Part shown: positions 18,694 through 28,627 of the stretch, piece by piece
Numbering within the stretch: the first letter of the stretch is position 1
Layout of the letters: each line of letters starts with the position of its first letter
NCBI GenBank assembly: GCA_038321865.1
Contig: JBBQFH010000002.1
Location: 96,001-160,000 of the forward strand
Direction of reading: 5' to 3'
DNA: 64,000 nucleotides
Origin: Gemmatimonadales bacterium
GTDB lineage: Bacteria > Gemmatimonadota > Gemmatimonadetes > Gemmatimonadales > GWC2-71-9
Position numbers and translations under genes: made by a program
Notes under the pieces: model-generated
Told to the model about the DNA's origin: nothing
Database searches by the model: none
The model's input: only the letters and a program-made list of their open reading frames with translations

Positions 18694-19985
18694 GTTTTCA
18701 GTTCTTTCTTCTTCGCGGCCGGAAAGAGGACGTTATTCAGAATCAGCCGGTAGCCCGGCGAGTGCGGATGCAGGGACAGGTCGGTCGGCGCGTCGCCGAT
18801 CTGGTGCTGCGGGTCCTCCGGGTCGTGGCCGCCGAAGAACGTCCACGTCCCCTGCCCGCGCTCACCATGAATGTACTTGGCCCAGGGCGCGCCGGGCTCG
18901 TCGGCGAGCACCGTGTCGGATGGCTTGAGCGTACGCCGGGTGAAGGAGGTGGTGAGCCCGTAGAAGTCGGGAATGACCTGGCGGTGGTTCTGCACCAGCA
19001 TCGTGGCCACCGGATCGATCTTGGCGCTGAAGTTGAACAACGTGAACGACCCGAGGGGCTGGCGACGCTCCGGCGCGTTCACCTGATGACCGTCGATGTC
19101 GGAATACGACGGGGTCGTCGGGCTCAGCTCCAGCTGAGCATTCTGAAACGCGAGGGCCCGGTCCCAGTGCAGCTTCCCGCTGGCGTCCGGGTCCATCGGG
19201 CTCCCGTCGGCGTAGGAGGCGGCGATGTCGACCCCCTCACTCGCGAGCGCGAGATCGAGCGTCTCGGTCGCCGTGCACATGGCGAACAGAAATCCTCCGC
19301 GTTCGACGAATGCGCTGATTTTCTGGGCCACCATGCGCTTGGCCGCCGGCACCGAGGCGAACCCCAGCTGCCGCGCGACGGCGGTGTTGCGCTGAATCAT
19401 GTCGGACAGCCACGGCGCACCGGCGTAATTCAGCACGAACTTCGAGTATTGCCCGGTGAAATCCTCGTGATGGAGGTGCAGCCAGTCGTAGGTCGGGAGC
19501 TTGTCGGCAAACACCTCCGGATCCCAGACCTTCTCGAACTTGACCCCTGCGTACTCGAGCGCCATGGTGACGGCATCGTCCCATGGAGCTGCGTTCGGCG
19601 GGGCGTAGACCGCCACCTTCGGCGCCTTCTCCAGCGGCACGGCGTCCATGTTTCCCTGCTGGAGCTCGCCGCGAATTCGGGTGACCCGACTATCGTCCAG
19701 CGGTTCGGAGGCGACGCCCGACAGCGCTGCGTCCCGAACGGTGGCGGTCTCCGCAGGCACGAGAAAAGACCCGCCGCGATAGTTGGTGAACCACTCGACC
19801 TTCGTGCCCCGTTCCAGCGCCCGGTAGGCGAGACCGTAGGCCTTCAGGTGGTCGCTCTGCGTATCGTCCATCGGGATGAGCAGCCACGGCGCCGCCGACC
19901 GCAGGCCGCGAGGAAGCCAGATCCCCGACCAGGGCAGCAGCACCGCGGCACCCGCCGCGCCGCGCAGCAGATCGCGACGCTTCAC
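18690..19985 (-). CDS. Tat-exported class I glutamine amidotransferase-like protein (family often labelled 'asparagine synthetase B')
   Basis: GTG start; twin-arginine KRRDLLRG; LLIPMD..Q..HLKAYG, WDDAVT, HLHHEDFTGQ, GGFLFAMC, GGHDPED, GYRLILNNVLFPAA. Confidence 0.75.
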   Translation of the reverse strand: MKRRDLLRGAAGAAVLLPWSGIWLPRGLRSAAPWLLIPMDDTQSDHLKAYGLAYRALERGTKVEWFTNYRGGSFLVPAETATVRDAALSGVASEPLDDSRVTRIRGELQQGNMDAVPLEKAPKVAVYAPPNAAPWDDAVTMALEYAGVKFEKVWDPEVFADKLPTYDWLHLHHEDFTGQYSKFVLNYAGAPWLSDMIQRNTAVARQLGFASVPAAKRMVAQKISAFVERGGFLFAMCTATETLDLALASEGVDIAASYADGSPMDPDASGKLHWDRALAFQNAQLELSPTTPSYSDIDGHQVNAPERRQPLGSFTLFNFSAKIDPVATMLVQNHRQVIPDFYGLTTSFTRRTLKPSDTVLADEPGAPWAKYIHGERGQGTWTFFGGHDPEDPQHQIGDAPTDLSLHPHSPGYRLILNNVLFPAAKKKELKT

Positions 19986-21712
19986 GTGCGGGGCACGGCT
20001 CCGCGCGCCTCGTCGAGCGCCCGTCGCGCCTGAGGAACGAGGGCACTGGTCGCGTAGGTGAGAATCAGGTGCTCCAGCGTGGCGACAGCTTCCGGACGCC
20101 TTCCCAGCGCGATCAGCAGACGGCCCAGCTCGAGCTCCGCTGCCGGCGCCGTGGCCGGTGCAGCCTCGACATCGGCGGCCCGAAACGCCTTCTCCGCCTC
20201 CACCGCGCGGCCCCGCGCGGCCTCCAGCCGGCCCGTCCACAGGCGAAGCTCCGCTCCCCCTCGATCCGGCGCCAGCTTGCCGGCGAGCCGCGACAGCGCG
20301 GACACCGCCGCCGCGGTGTCGCCCTGTTCCAGATGAAGGAACGCGGCGCCGAGCGCGGGCAGCGAGTCGTCGTCGATCCGTTGCAGCAGCGCCAGCAGCG
20401 ACGCGCGCTTCGCCGCCTCCTCACGGGTGCCGGTGTAGGGACCGGCCGCACGAAGTCGGGCTACCGCACCCAGGATGTCTCCCCGCAGCATGGCGACCCG
20501 CCCCGACACCGCGAACCCTTCCACCGTACTGTCCGCGACGAGCGCCCGCTCCGCTCGATCGAGCGCGCCGGAGCGCGCCCAGCCCCAGGCAACGCGGCGG
20601 TTGAGGCTGAGGTACTCGTCGGCGCTCAGTGAGAGACGTGCCGCGCGCAGGCGGTCGTCCGCGTCCATCATTCGTCCCTCGTCCACCAGGACGCCGATGA
20701 GCGTGGCGGCGGCGCCGGTCATGGCTGCGGGCGCAGCGCCCCGGTCATCCGCCACGCCGTTCAGCATGCGCCTGGCGCTCTCGCGATCCCCGCCGTCCGC
20801 ATACGCCTGCGCGGCGAGCATGCGCGCCCGCGGCGCGCCGGCCCCCGGGCTCCGCGTGGCCAACGCTTCGTAGGCCATCCCCTCGGCGCGCCGTGAGTCA
20901 GGAGTCGCCGGCCGCGCCTGCAGCCCCTCGACGAACTGCTTGAGTCTCGCCGCCGCCTGGACGTTGTCGCCGGGGAGGGCGGCCTGGAACACCCGGAACC
21001 CGCCGACCGGGTCGCCCCACCGCGCGATCAGCGAGCCGGCGAGTGTGCGCCCATCGGCCGCCCCGTCTCCCTGCAGCAGACGCAGCAGATCGGCGTGCAC
21101 CTGGTCCGGCGCTGCGGACAGGGCCGCCAGCGCGGCGTACCGGAAGCCATCCACCTGCCGGATCGCGGCCAGCCACTCGTGGGCGGAGCCGGTCCAGTCC
21201 CGTTCGCCGATCGCAAGCTGCGCCGCTTCCGGGGCGAGGGCGTCGAGGCGCCCGACCCGCTGCCGGGCCAGCGTCACTCCCGCCCGCGCGGCGGCACGAT
21301 CTCCCCGCCCGATGGCCGCGCCGACCCACTCCCGATACGGAGCCTCGTCTCCCGGGGCAGACTGCGCCCAGCGATCCACAGCCGCCCGCACGCTGTCGGC
21401 CGCGCCAAGGGCGATCCACGTACGGACCAGCACTCCGTTTCCCACTGCGCTCGGCGCACCGGCCGCGAGCGCCGCCCGCGCCGCCGGCGCTGCCTCGGCG
21501 GTCCGGTTGAGCGGGAGCAGTGCACGCTCAAGGCCCAGCAGCGCGGCCACGTCGGCGGGCCGCGCCCCGAGGGCGGCGCGGTAGGCTTCCGCCGCGGCCG
21601 CGTAGCTGCCCTGACGCTCGAGATCGAGAGCGCGAGCCAGTCCGGGCTGCTGAGCCGCGGCGGATTCGCCGAGGGCTGGCAGCATCAGCAGCGCGAAGAT
21701 TCGGGTTCTCAC
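19982..21712 (-). CDS. Secreted tetratricopeptide-repeat protein
   Basis: GTGA overlap with the upstream stop; signal peptide ending AAAQQ; Ala-rich helical repeats; TPR-like C-terminus. Confidence 0.75.
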   Translation of the reverse strand: MRTRIFALLMLPALGESAAAQQPGLARALDLERQGSYAAAAEAYRAALGARPADVAALLGLERALLPLNRTAEAAPAARAALAAGAPSAVGNGVLVRTWIALGAADSVRAAVDRWAQSAPGDEAPYREWVGAAIGRGDRAAARAGVTLARQRVGRLDALAPEAAQLAIGERDWTGSAHEWLAAIRQVDGFRYAALAALSAAPDQVHADLLRLLQGDGAADGRTLAGSLIARWGDPVGGFRVFQAALPGDNVQAAARLKQFVEGLQARPATPDSRRAEGMAYEALATRSPGAGAPRARMLAAQAYADGGDRESARRMLNGVADDRGAAPAAMTGAAATLIGVLVDEGRMMDADDRLRAARLSLSADEYLSLNRRVAWGWARSGALDRAERALVADSTVEGFAVSGRVAMLRGDILGAVARLRAAGPYTGTREEAAKRASLLALLQRIDDDSLPALGAAFLHLEQGDTAAAVSALSRLAGKLAPDRGGAELRLWTGRLEAARGRAVEAEKAFRAADVEAAPATAPAAELELGRLLIALGRRPEAVATLEHLILTYATSALVPQARRALDEARGAVPRT

Positions 21713-24700
21713 GGCCGGGCCGGCTGCTCCGACAGCTTGCGGAAGTAATCCATGACCAGCCGGCGCTCTTCCGGCGAGAGCTGCTGCAGCTGTTCCCACG
21801 ATGGAGGCCGAAGACCGTCGTCAGTCTGGAGCCGAGCGCGCAGTGCGGGCGGCAGACTGATGCTGTCTCCTGCGGCGGTCGTGCTCTGCCGTTCCTTCTT
21901 CTCGTCTTCCTCGTGCCCCTGCAGCGTGCGCCCGGCGTCCAGCATGCGGCGGAAGAGACGCTCCTGCCGCTCGACGGTCTGCCGATCCAGGCGGCCCGCT
22001 TCCAGCCGCCGGGCCAAATCCTTGGCTTCGTCGGCAAGTTCGCCTGCACCGGGCATGTTGCCCTGCGCACGGAGCCGCTCCAACTGCTCCGACAGCGCCC
22101 GCTGCTGCGCGCCGAGCCGCTCAAGCGCCGAGGCCATGCCGGAGCTTCCCGCCATCGGGAGCATTCCCCCTGCCTGCTGCCCAAGCTGCCCCTGTTGTCC
22201 CGCCAGCTCGCCCATGCGCTTGATCGCCTCGGCCATACCGCTGCCGGACTGCGCCCCCGATACATCGCCCCGGGCACGCACCAGCTCGTAGCTCGCCGCG
22301 TTCAGCGCATCGATCGCGCCGCCTGCCCGTTCTGCCGCCTCCCGGGAATTGGGCGCCGCCGACGAAACCGCCTCGCGCGCGCGCTCCATCTCCTGCTGAG
22401 CCGCAGAAAGCGCGGCCGAGATCTGCGGCGAGACGAGCGCGTTGCGGCCCGAGGCCTGCCGTACCTGATCGAGCAGCTTCTGCACACCCTCCTCCACGGC
22501 CCCCTGCTCCCCACGCGCGGCGGCCGGATCACCCCCCTGCTGAAACTGGCGCTGCACGCCAAGCTCACGCTCGGTCAGCCTCGTCGACTCGGCCAGCGAC
22601 CGGTCAAGTGCGTCGGCGACTTCCTGCCGCCATTCCTCCTGCATCGCCTCCCGGTCCTGGTCGATTTGGCCGCCGAGCGGCTTCAGCGACTGAGACGCCT
22701 TCCGGCCGTGGGCTTGGGCTTGCGGCCGCTGCCCGGACGCCGCGGCCTGCTGCGCCTGCTTCATCTGATCCGCCGCGTCCGCTGCCGCCCGTGACGCCGA
22801 CTCCGTCTTGCCGCTCCGCGCCGAATCCTCAACTGCCTCGGACGCCTGCTTCAGCCCGGCCGCCAGTGAGTCCGCCCGTGCGGCCAGCTGCCGCTCCTCC
22901 GCGGAGGCGGCGGCACTGTCCGCGCGGGTCGCCTGCTCGTTCCACTGCTCCTGGGCACGGGCGAGATCCTTCGCCTCCTGCGCCAGATTCGAGAGATCAC
23001 CCTCCAGCGCGGCACGCTTGAACAGCTCGCGGCTTCGCTCCAGCGCCTCTTTCAGTTGCTTCTGCACCTGCGCCAGATCCTGAAGCGCCTGCTGGGTGCG
23101 CTCAGCGTCCAGTTCCTGGAGCGAGCGCTGCAACTCGGCGAGTTTCTCCCGCAGTTCGGGTGTCAGGGCGCGATCGAGCTCCTGGCGGATTTCGTCGAGG
23201 TGTTTCTGAAACTCCGGATCGGTCAGCCCGGACTGCTTCGCGCTCTCCTGCAGCTGCTGCAGCGCGCGATCAAGGGACTCCGCGTCGCGCACCAGCTGCT
23301 CCTGTGACCGGGCGATGGCCTCCGCCTTCTTCGCCTGGTCAAACTGGAGACTGTTGTCGGCGCGCTGGGCACCGCCGTTCTGCGGGCGCGGTTGCTCGCG
23401 CGCGAGGTCCTCCGCCTGACGTTCCAGCCGGGCGCTCCGGGCGGCGATCGAGTCGAGCCGCCCGCCGATCGCCTCACTCGCTTCGCGTTGCGCCGCGCGC
23501 ATCTCCGTCGCGGTCGGCACGCGGATGACGAACTCACGCGATCGGCCGACGTGGGCCTGTGGCGCGTTGTCGGTCGCCAGGGCCACGTACCGCAGCGAGT
23601 CACCCGGCAGGAGTCCGCGGCGATCGAGTTGCAGCGTGTAGGACAGAATGGCGCGATCGGTCCGCTCCGCCGGGAGCGCGACCGACTCCCGCACCACCGA
23701 GTCCGCCACTCCCAGCCGGCTCACCCGGCGGCTCTCAAGCGTCACCCGCATCAGCGCATGATCGTCCCGCACGTCGAGCACCAGCGGGACCCGGAGATCG
23801 AGCGGCGCGACGGTGTCCGCGCCGGGAACGGGAATCTCGACCCGCGGCGCGCTGTCGGCCACGACACGAACCGGGAGCCGAACGGTGTCTCCGCCCAGCG
23901 CCGCACCGTCCGCCGTGACCAGCAGAAGCTCGTACGATGCCGACGCCGCAGGAATCAGACTGCCGGCGAACGTCGAGCTGGTCACAGCCAGCCGATGCAC
24001 GATGCCCGGCGCTTTCCAGGCAGCGGACCTGAGCGCGGCCGTCGCCTGGCCGCGGGTGTCCAGCCGGGTACCGGCCGGCACGACGATGGTGTCGCCACCG
24101 ACCGGCAGCGGTTCATCGTCCATATGCAGATACGACGGATAATGCGCCGTCACGCTGAGGGCGCCGAGGAAGACCGGAAGCCGCACCCGGACCAGTACGG
24201 TGTCGGACGACCGGGATGCGCTGGTCAGCCGGGCGTACAGATCGGCGCGGAGCGGACCGACTATCCGGATCGAATGGCCGGCGGAGTCGAGCTGCACGCG
24301 CTCGGGCCGCCAGGCCTCGCCCGGCGCGCGCAGCCAGAGGGTGGCGTCCCTGCGCCCCGGTGCATCGAGCACCAACGACACGCTCCCGCCCCGGTCGACC
24401 GCATCGGCCGACGCGCGAATGCGGACCGGCGCGATGGTCTCCTTCCAGGCGCGGAGGGGATGCCACAGCGCTGCCGCGGTGCCATGCACCGGGCCGGCCG
24501 AGCCGATCGCGGTGAGGCCGAGAGCGGCACACACTGCGCCGGCGGCGGCACGCTGGCGGATCGGGACAGCGACGGGGTCGAACGCCTGCCGGCCCCTCGA
24601 CTCGAGCGCCGCGGCCTCAGCGCGATCGGCCTGCGCGAGCAGCGAAGGGCTTCCGCCTGCGGCAGGCAGATCGAGCAGCGCGGTCAGCGCTCCCGAGCGC

Positions 24701-24978
24701 CACGCCCCACCAGCCTCGAGCCGCCGCGCCACACGCCGAAGGTGGAGCGCCGGCTCGGCCTGGAGGGCCGCCAGCACAGCGACCCCGCCGGCGAGCAGCG
24801 CGAGTGCCCAGGCCACGAGCACCCAGTACGGCGCATCGAACCAGTGCAGTCGCGCAACCCATGCGCAGCCCCCCAGCAGCAGGGCCACGGCGCCGACGGC
24901 GGTGGCCCCCCAGCCGCCTCGACTCAACCGGGCGACCGGAGCGATCAGGCGTGCCAGGGCCTCGCGCGTAGCACTCAT
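21709..24978 (-). CDS. DUF4175-family protein (TM helices, Ig-like domains, long Gln-rich coiled coil)
   Basis: N-terminal TMs, Ig-like segments (DSAPRVEI, RDDHAL, YVALATDN), coiled coil, RQERLFRRMLDAGR...YFRKL. Confidence 0.8.
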   Translation of the reverse strand: MSATREALARLIAPVARLSRGGWGATAVGAVALLLGGCAWVARLHWFDAPYWVLVAWALALLAGGVAVLAALQAEPALHLRRVARRLEAGGAWRSGALTALLDLPAAGGSPSLLAQADRAEAAALESRGRQAFDPVAVPIRQRAAAGAVCAALGLTAIGSAGPVHGTAAALWHPLRAWKETIAPVRIRASADAVDRGGSVSLVLDAPGRRDATLWLRAPGEAWRPERVQLDSAGHSIRIVGPLRADLYARLTSASRSSDTVLVRVRLPVFLGALSVTAHYPSYLHMDDEPLPVGGDTIVVPAGTRLDTRGQATAALRSAAWKAPGIVHRLAVTSSTFAGSLIPAASASYELLLVTADGAALGGDTVRLPVRVVADSAPRVEIPVPGADTVAPLDLRVPLVLDVRDDHALMRVTLESRRVSRLGVADSVVRESVALPAERTDRAILSYTLQLDRRGLLPGDSLRYVALATDNAPQAHVGRSREFVIRVPTATEMRAAQREASEAIGGRLDSIAARSARLERQAEDLAREQPRPQNGGAQRADNSLQFDQAKKAEAIARSQEQLVRDAESLDRALQQLQESAKQSGLTDPEFQKHLDEIRQELDRALTPELREKLAELQRSLQELDAERTQQALQDLAQVQKQLKEALERSRELFKRAALEGDLSNLAQEAKDLARAQEQWNEQATRADSAAASAEERQLAARADSLAAGLKQASEAVEDSARSGKTESASRAAADAADQMKQAQQAAASGQRPQAQAHGRKASQSLKPLGGQIDQDREAMQEEWRQEVADALDRSLAESTRLTERELGVQRQFQQGGDPAAARGEQGAVEEGVQKLLDQVRQASGRNALVSPQISAALSAAQQEMERAREAVSSAAPNSREAAERAGGAIDALNAASYELVRARGDVSGAQSGSGMAEAIKRMGELAGQQGQLGQQAGGMLPMAGSSGMASALERLGAQQRALSEQLERLRAQGNMPGAGELADEAKDLARRLEAGRLDRQTVERQERLFRRMLDAGRTLQGHEEDEKKERQSTTAAGDSISLPPALRARLQTDDGLRPPSWEQLQQLSPEERRLVMDYFRKLSEQPARP

Positions 24979-25661
24979 CCGCCGAACCCCACCGCGTAGG
25001 CGAACAGGTTCACTCCCATGCGGAGCGCGGCCTCGTGCTTTTCGGGAGGATCGTGGTGCACCTCTTCATCCTCCCATCCATCGCCGAGGTCGGACTGATA
25101 CGTGTAATAGACGACGAGCCGGCCATCGACAAAGATGCCGAAGCCCTGCGCCGGCTTGCCGTCGTGCTCGTGGATCTTGGGAACGCCCCGCGGCAAATCG
25201 TAGACGAGGTGGTAAATCGGGTGCGTCAGCGGCACTTCGACCAGCGGATGGTCTGGAAACAGGCGGGCGAGCTCCCCGCGGATCGACGCGTCCATCCCGT
25301 AGTTGTCATCTACGTGCAGGAACCCTCCCTGCTCGAGATACCGGCGCAACGTCCGAAGGTCCGCGTCCGACCAGTGGACGTTGCCGTGGCCCGTCATGTA
25401 GATGTACGGCACGTCCCAGAGGTCGTCGCCCGCCAGGGTCACGACTCTTTCCTCGCTCCCGACGCGGATCGGCGTCCGGGTCCGGATCGCCGCGAGCAGG
25501 TTGGGAAGGCTCGACGGGTTGGCGTACCAGTCACCCCCGCCCTCGTAATGCAGCCGGCCCACGGTGGCGCCCGGCGGAGCGCTCTGCCCGCCGAGTCCAA
25601 TGATCGGAGCGGCGACGGCGAAACCGCAGACGGCGGCAGCCCTGAGCCAGCCGCGCTTCAC
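24975..25661 (-). CDS. DUF4159 domain protein (secreted)
   Basis: GGGDWYANPSSLPNLL, YMTGHGN, GGFLHVDDNYG, KIHEHDG, SDLGDGWED, ALRMGVN. GTG start overlaps the rsmI stop. Confidence 0.85.
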   Translation of the reverse strand: MKRGWLRAAAVCGFAVAAPIIGLGGQSAPPGATVGRLHYEGGGDWYANPSSLPNLLAAIRTRTPIRVGSEERVVTLAGDDLWDVPYIYMTGHGNVHWSDADLRTLRRYLEQGGFLHVDDNYGMDASIRGELARLFPDHPLVEVPLTHPIYHLVYDLPRGVPKIHEHDGKPAQGFGIFVDGRLVVYYTYQSDLGDGWEDEEVHHDPPEKHEAALRMGVNLFAYAVGFGG

Positions 25662-26494
25662 TGCATCTCCATGACGCGACGGTAAGCCTCGTTCCGCGGG
25701 ATACCCAGCATGCTGATCAACCGTTCGACCACGTCGCGGCGCGAGGTGCCCTCGCCCAGCCACCTCGCCGCCAGCTCCGCCGCTTCCGCGCTGCGGTCGG
25801 GGGCCTGAGCCGCGGCGTCCGTCCCCTTGAGCACTACGGTGAACTCGCCCCTGGGTTCCTGCGCGGTAAAATGTGCCGCAAGCTCGTCGAGCGTTCCCGC
25901 TCGGAGTTCCTCATGGAGCTTGGTCAGCTCCCGGGCGACGAATGCCTGCCGCTCGTGTCCCGCCAGCCCCGCCAGGTCTTCCAGCAGCGCAACCAGGCGG
26001 CTCGGTGCCTCGAAGAACACGACCGGCCACTCCTCCAGCGCCGCTCGACCCAGCAGCCGGCTCCGTTCGGAGCCCTTTCGAGGCACGAATCCGAGGAAGA
26101 GGTACCGGTCGCCCTCGAGGCCGCAGACCGACAGGGCCGTGGCGACCGCGGACACGCCCGGTATGGGGACGACCGCCGACCCGCGGGCGCGCACGGCGGA
26201 CACGAGATCGGCCCCGGGGTCGCTGACGACGGGCGTGCCGGCATCGGACACGAGCGCGACATCGCGCCCGTCGGCGAGGATCTGCAGGATGGCGTCGAGA
26301 CGGTGCTGGTCGGAGTGCTGGTGGAAGCTGAGCAGGCGGGGACTGGCGCCCAGATGGGTCAGCAGCCCGCGAGTCCGGCGCGTGTCCTCCGCCGCGACCA
26401 CCGGCACGCCGCGGAGAATCTCCGCGGCGCGCGGTGTCAGGTCCCCGAGGTTGCCGAGCGGGGTGGCGACGACGTAGAGCGTGCCGGTAGGCAC
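25658..26494 (-). CDS. rsmI: 16S rRNA C1402 2'-O-methyltransferase
   Basis: GTLYVVATPLGNLGD, AAEDTR, VSDAGTP, FEAPSR, RELTKLHEE, RGEF. Confidence 0.95.
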   Translation of the reverse strand: MPTGTLYVVATPLGNLGDLTPRAAEILRGVPVVAAEDTRRTRGLLTHLGASPRLLSFHQHSDQHRLDAILQILADGRDVALVSDAGTPVVSDPGADLVSAVRARGSAVVPIPGVSAVATALSVCGLEGDRYLFLGFVPRKGSERSRLLGRAALEEWPVVFFEAPSRLVALLEDLAGLAGHERQAFVARELTKLHEELRAGTLDELAAHFTAQEPRGEFTVVLKGTDAAAQAPDRSAEAAELAARWLGEGTSRRDVVERLISMLGIPRNEAYRRVMEMQ

Positions 26495-26832
26495 TACCCC
26501 AGGTGCTGCTTGATCTTCCCCTCGAGCGTCGCCTTGGGCACGGCACCGACGACGGTGTCCACGTGCTGGCCGTTCTTGAAGAAGAGAATGCTGGGAATCG
26601 AGCGCACATTGAAGCGCGCGGCCGTCCGCTGGTTCGAGTCGACGTCCACCTTGGCCACCTTCACCTTGCCGGTGTGTTCGCTGGCGAGCTGGTCGAGAAT
26701 CGGGGCGACGATCTGGCACGGTCCGCACCAGGTGGCCCAGAAATCGACCAGCACGAGACCGGACGACTGCTCGATCTCGCCGGCGAACGTGGCGTCGGTC
26801 ACGTGAACGGTCTGCGTATTGGTCGCGCTCAT
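26494..26832 (-). CDS. trxA: Thioredoxin
   Basis: VDFWATWCGPC, VRSIP; GGAGA SD. Confidence 0.96.
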   Translation of the reverse strand: MSATNTQTVHVTDATFAGEIEQSSGLVLVDFWATWCGPCQIVAPILDQLASEHTGKVKVAKVDVDSNQRTAARFNVRSIPSILFFKNGQHVDTVVGAVPKATLEGKIKQHLG

Positions 26833-26899
26833 CCTGTTATTCTCCATTCGTGAGGCCCGCACGGGCCTGCAAGTTAATCGTATGCGACCGGAGTCCCGA

Positions 26900-27295
26900 G
26901 TGACCGAGTCTCGTATCGCCCATGTCGGAATCGCCGTCGCTGACCTCGACGCCGCACTGGCCTTCTACCGCGACGTGCTGGGGCTGGAGCCGCCGCACCC
27001 ACCGGAGGTGGCGGACGGGGCAACGATCGTTTCGCTGCCCTTCGGCGATTCGGAAGTCGAGTTGCTCACGTCCTCGGACGAGGCAAGCCCGATCGCCAGA
27101 TTCCTGGCGCGGCGCGGGCCGGGGATCCACCACATCTGCTATCGCGTGCCCGATCTGGACGCGGCCCTGGCTGCCTGCCGGCGCGACGGCTACCGGCTCG
27201 TCGATGAAGTGCCCCGCATCGGCGCGGGCGGGCGCCGGATAGCGTTCGTACACCCCAAGGCCACCGCCGGCGTGCTCCTCGAGCTCACTGAATAG
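26900..27295 (+). CDS. mce: Methylmalonyl-CoA epimerase (VOC family)
   Basis: HVGIAV, EVELL, RGPGIHHICY, FVHPKATAGVLLEL. Start is GTG 26900 or ATG 26882. Confidence 0.88.
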   Translation: MTESRIAHVGIAVADLDAALAFYRDVLGLEPPHPPEVADGATIVSLPFGDSEVELLTSSDEASPIARFLARRGPGIHHICYRVPDLDAALAACRRDGYRLVDEVPRIGAGGRRIAFVHPKATAGVLLELTE

Positions 27296-27316
27296 AACAT
27301 CGGGCGGTTCCCGGCT

Positions 27317-27784
27317 TCAGGGTGACGTGGCACCCGAGGATTCGCAGGGGCGGCCGGGGCTTCCGGCGGCGCCCAGGTCTATCTGGTTGATGATCCAGGC
27401 GTTGCCCGACCTGACTACGGTAAACGGGACCACCTTGTCGCAGTGTTCGCGCTTGAGCTCGACCTGGAGCAGCCGTCGATCGGCCTGGCCCATGGCGGCA
27501 TCGTTGGACATGATGCGGTAGCTGGCGCCGCGGAGATACGCCTGGATCACGACGATGCGTCGCTCGTAGTCGGACGGCTCGTGCGTGACCGCCGCCGCCC
27601 CCTTGGCCGAGCCCCAGAGCTGCGCCATCTTGGCGACGTTGCTGTCGCTCACGGCACGCATGAAGTCCTGCACCGCGCGTTCGGCGGAGGGCGCCGTTTC
27701 GGGCGCCGTACTGGTCGGACGGTTGCCGCTGCAGGCGGTGAAAAGCACGATGGCGGCGGCGCCGAAATACGAGCGCTGGATCAC
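27317..27784 (-). CDS. Hypothetical lipoprotein (possibly NTF2-like fold)
   Basis: Lipobox FTAC; helix AERAVQDFMRAV followed by beta strands; start uncertain. Confidence 0.6.
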   Translation of the reverse strand: MIQRSYFGAAAIVLFTACSGNRPTSTAPETAPSAERAVQDFMRAVSDSNVAKMAQLWGSAKGAAAVTHEPSDYERRIVVIQAYLRGASYRIMSNDAAMGQADRRLLQVELKREHCDKVVPFTVVRSGNAWIINQIDLGAAGSPGRPCESSGATSP

Positions 27785-27843
27785 GCGGAGCTCCGGATCG
27801 AATGTGAGGCCGCGAACATAAACCTTGCGGCAGGCGCCAAACA

Positions 27844-28569
27844 ATGACCGCGTTGCGTCTGTACATCAATATCGACCACGTCGCCACGGTGCGGCAGGCC
27901 CGGCAGACCGACGAGCCCGATCCCGTGGCGGCGGCACTGGTGGCCGAGCGCGCGGGGGCCGATGGGATCACCGCCCACCTGCGGGAAGACCGGCGGCACA
28001 TTCAGGATGATGATGTGGAGCGGTTGAGCGCCGCGGTGACGACGGTGCTCAACCTGGAGCTGGCCACGAACGGGCAGATCGTGGACCTGGCGTGCCGCCT
28101 GCGGCCCTTCCAGGCGACGCTGGTTCCCGAGCGCCGCGCGGAGGTGACGACGGAAGGGGGGCTCGACCTCGCCGACCCATCGCGTATCGCGGCGGCGGCT
28201 CGCCGGCTGAGCGACGCCGGGTGCCGGGTGAGCCTGTTCATCGATCCCGATCCCACCGCCATCCGACGGGCGCATGATCTCGGCGTCGCGGCGATCGAGC
28301 TCCACACCGGACGGTACGCCCGGACCTGGCGGGAAGGCGACGCCGCGCTCAGGCAACTGACGGAGGCTGCCACGCTGGCGCGGACGCTGGGCCTGGCGGT
28401 GCATGCGGGGCACGGGCTGACCTATGGCAACGTACACGCCGTCGCCGCCATCGCTTCGATCGAGGAGCTGAACATCGGCCATAGCGTCGTCAGTCGCGCC
28501 GTGATGATCGGCATGGGGCGCGCCGTTTCCGAAATGGGCGAGCTGATTCGAGCCGCGCATCCGCGTTGA
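27844..28569 (+). CDS. pdxJ: Pyridoxine 5'-phosphate synthase
   Basis: NIDHVATVRQAR, HLREDRRHIQD, TTEGGLD, VHAGHGL, ELNIGHS. Confidence 0.97.
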   Translation: MTALRLYINIDHVATVRQARQTDEPDPVAAALVAERAGADGITAHLREDRRHIQDDDVERLSAAVTTVLNLELATNGQIVDLACRLRPFQATLVPERRAEVTTEGGLDLADPSRIAAAARRLSDAGCRVSLFIDPDPTAIRRAHDLGVAAIELHTGRYARTWREGDAALRQLTEAATLARTLGLAVHAGHGLTYGNVHAVAAIASIEELNIGHSVVSRAVMIGMGRAVSEMGELIRAAHPR

Positions 28570-28627
28570 CCTGACCGGGCGCAACTCGTAGACTGCAGTC
28601 CGCACCCCCACCGTCCCCCGAGGCGAC

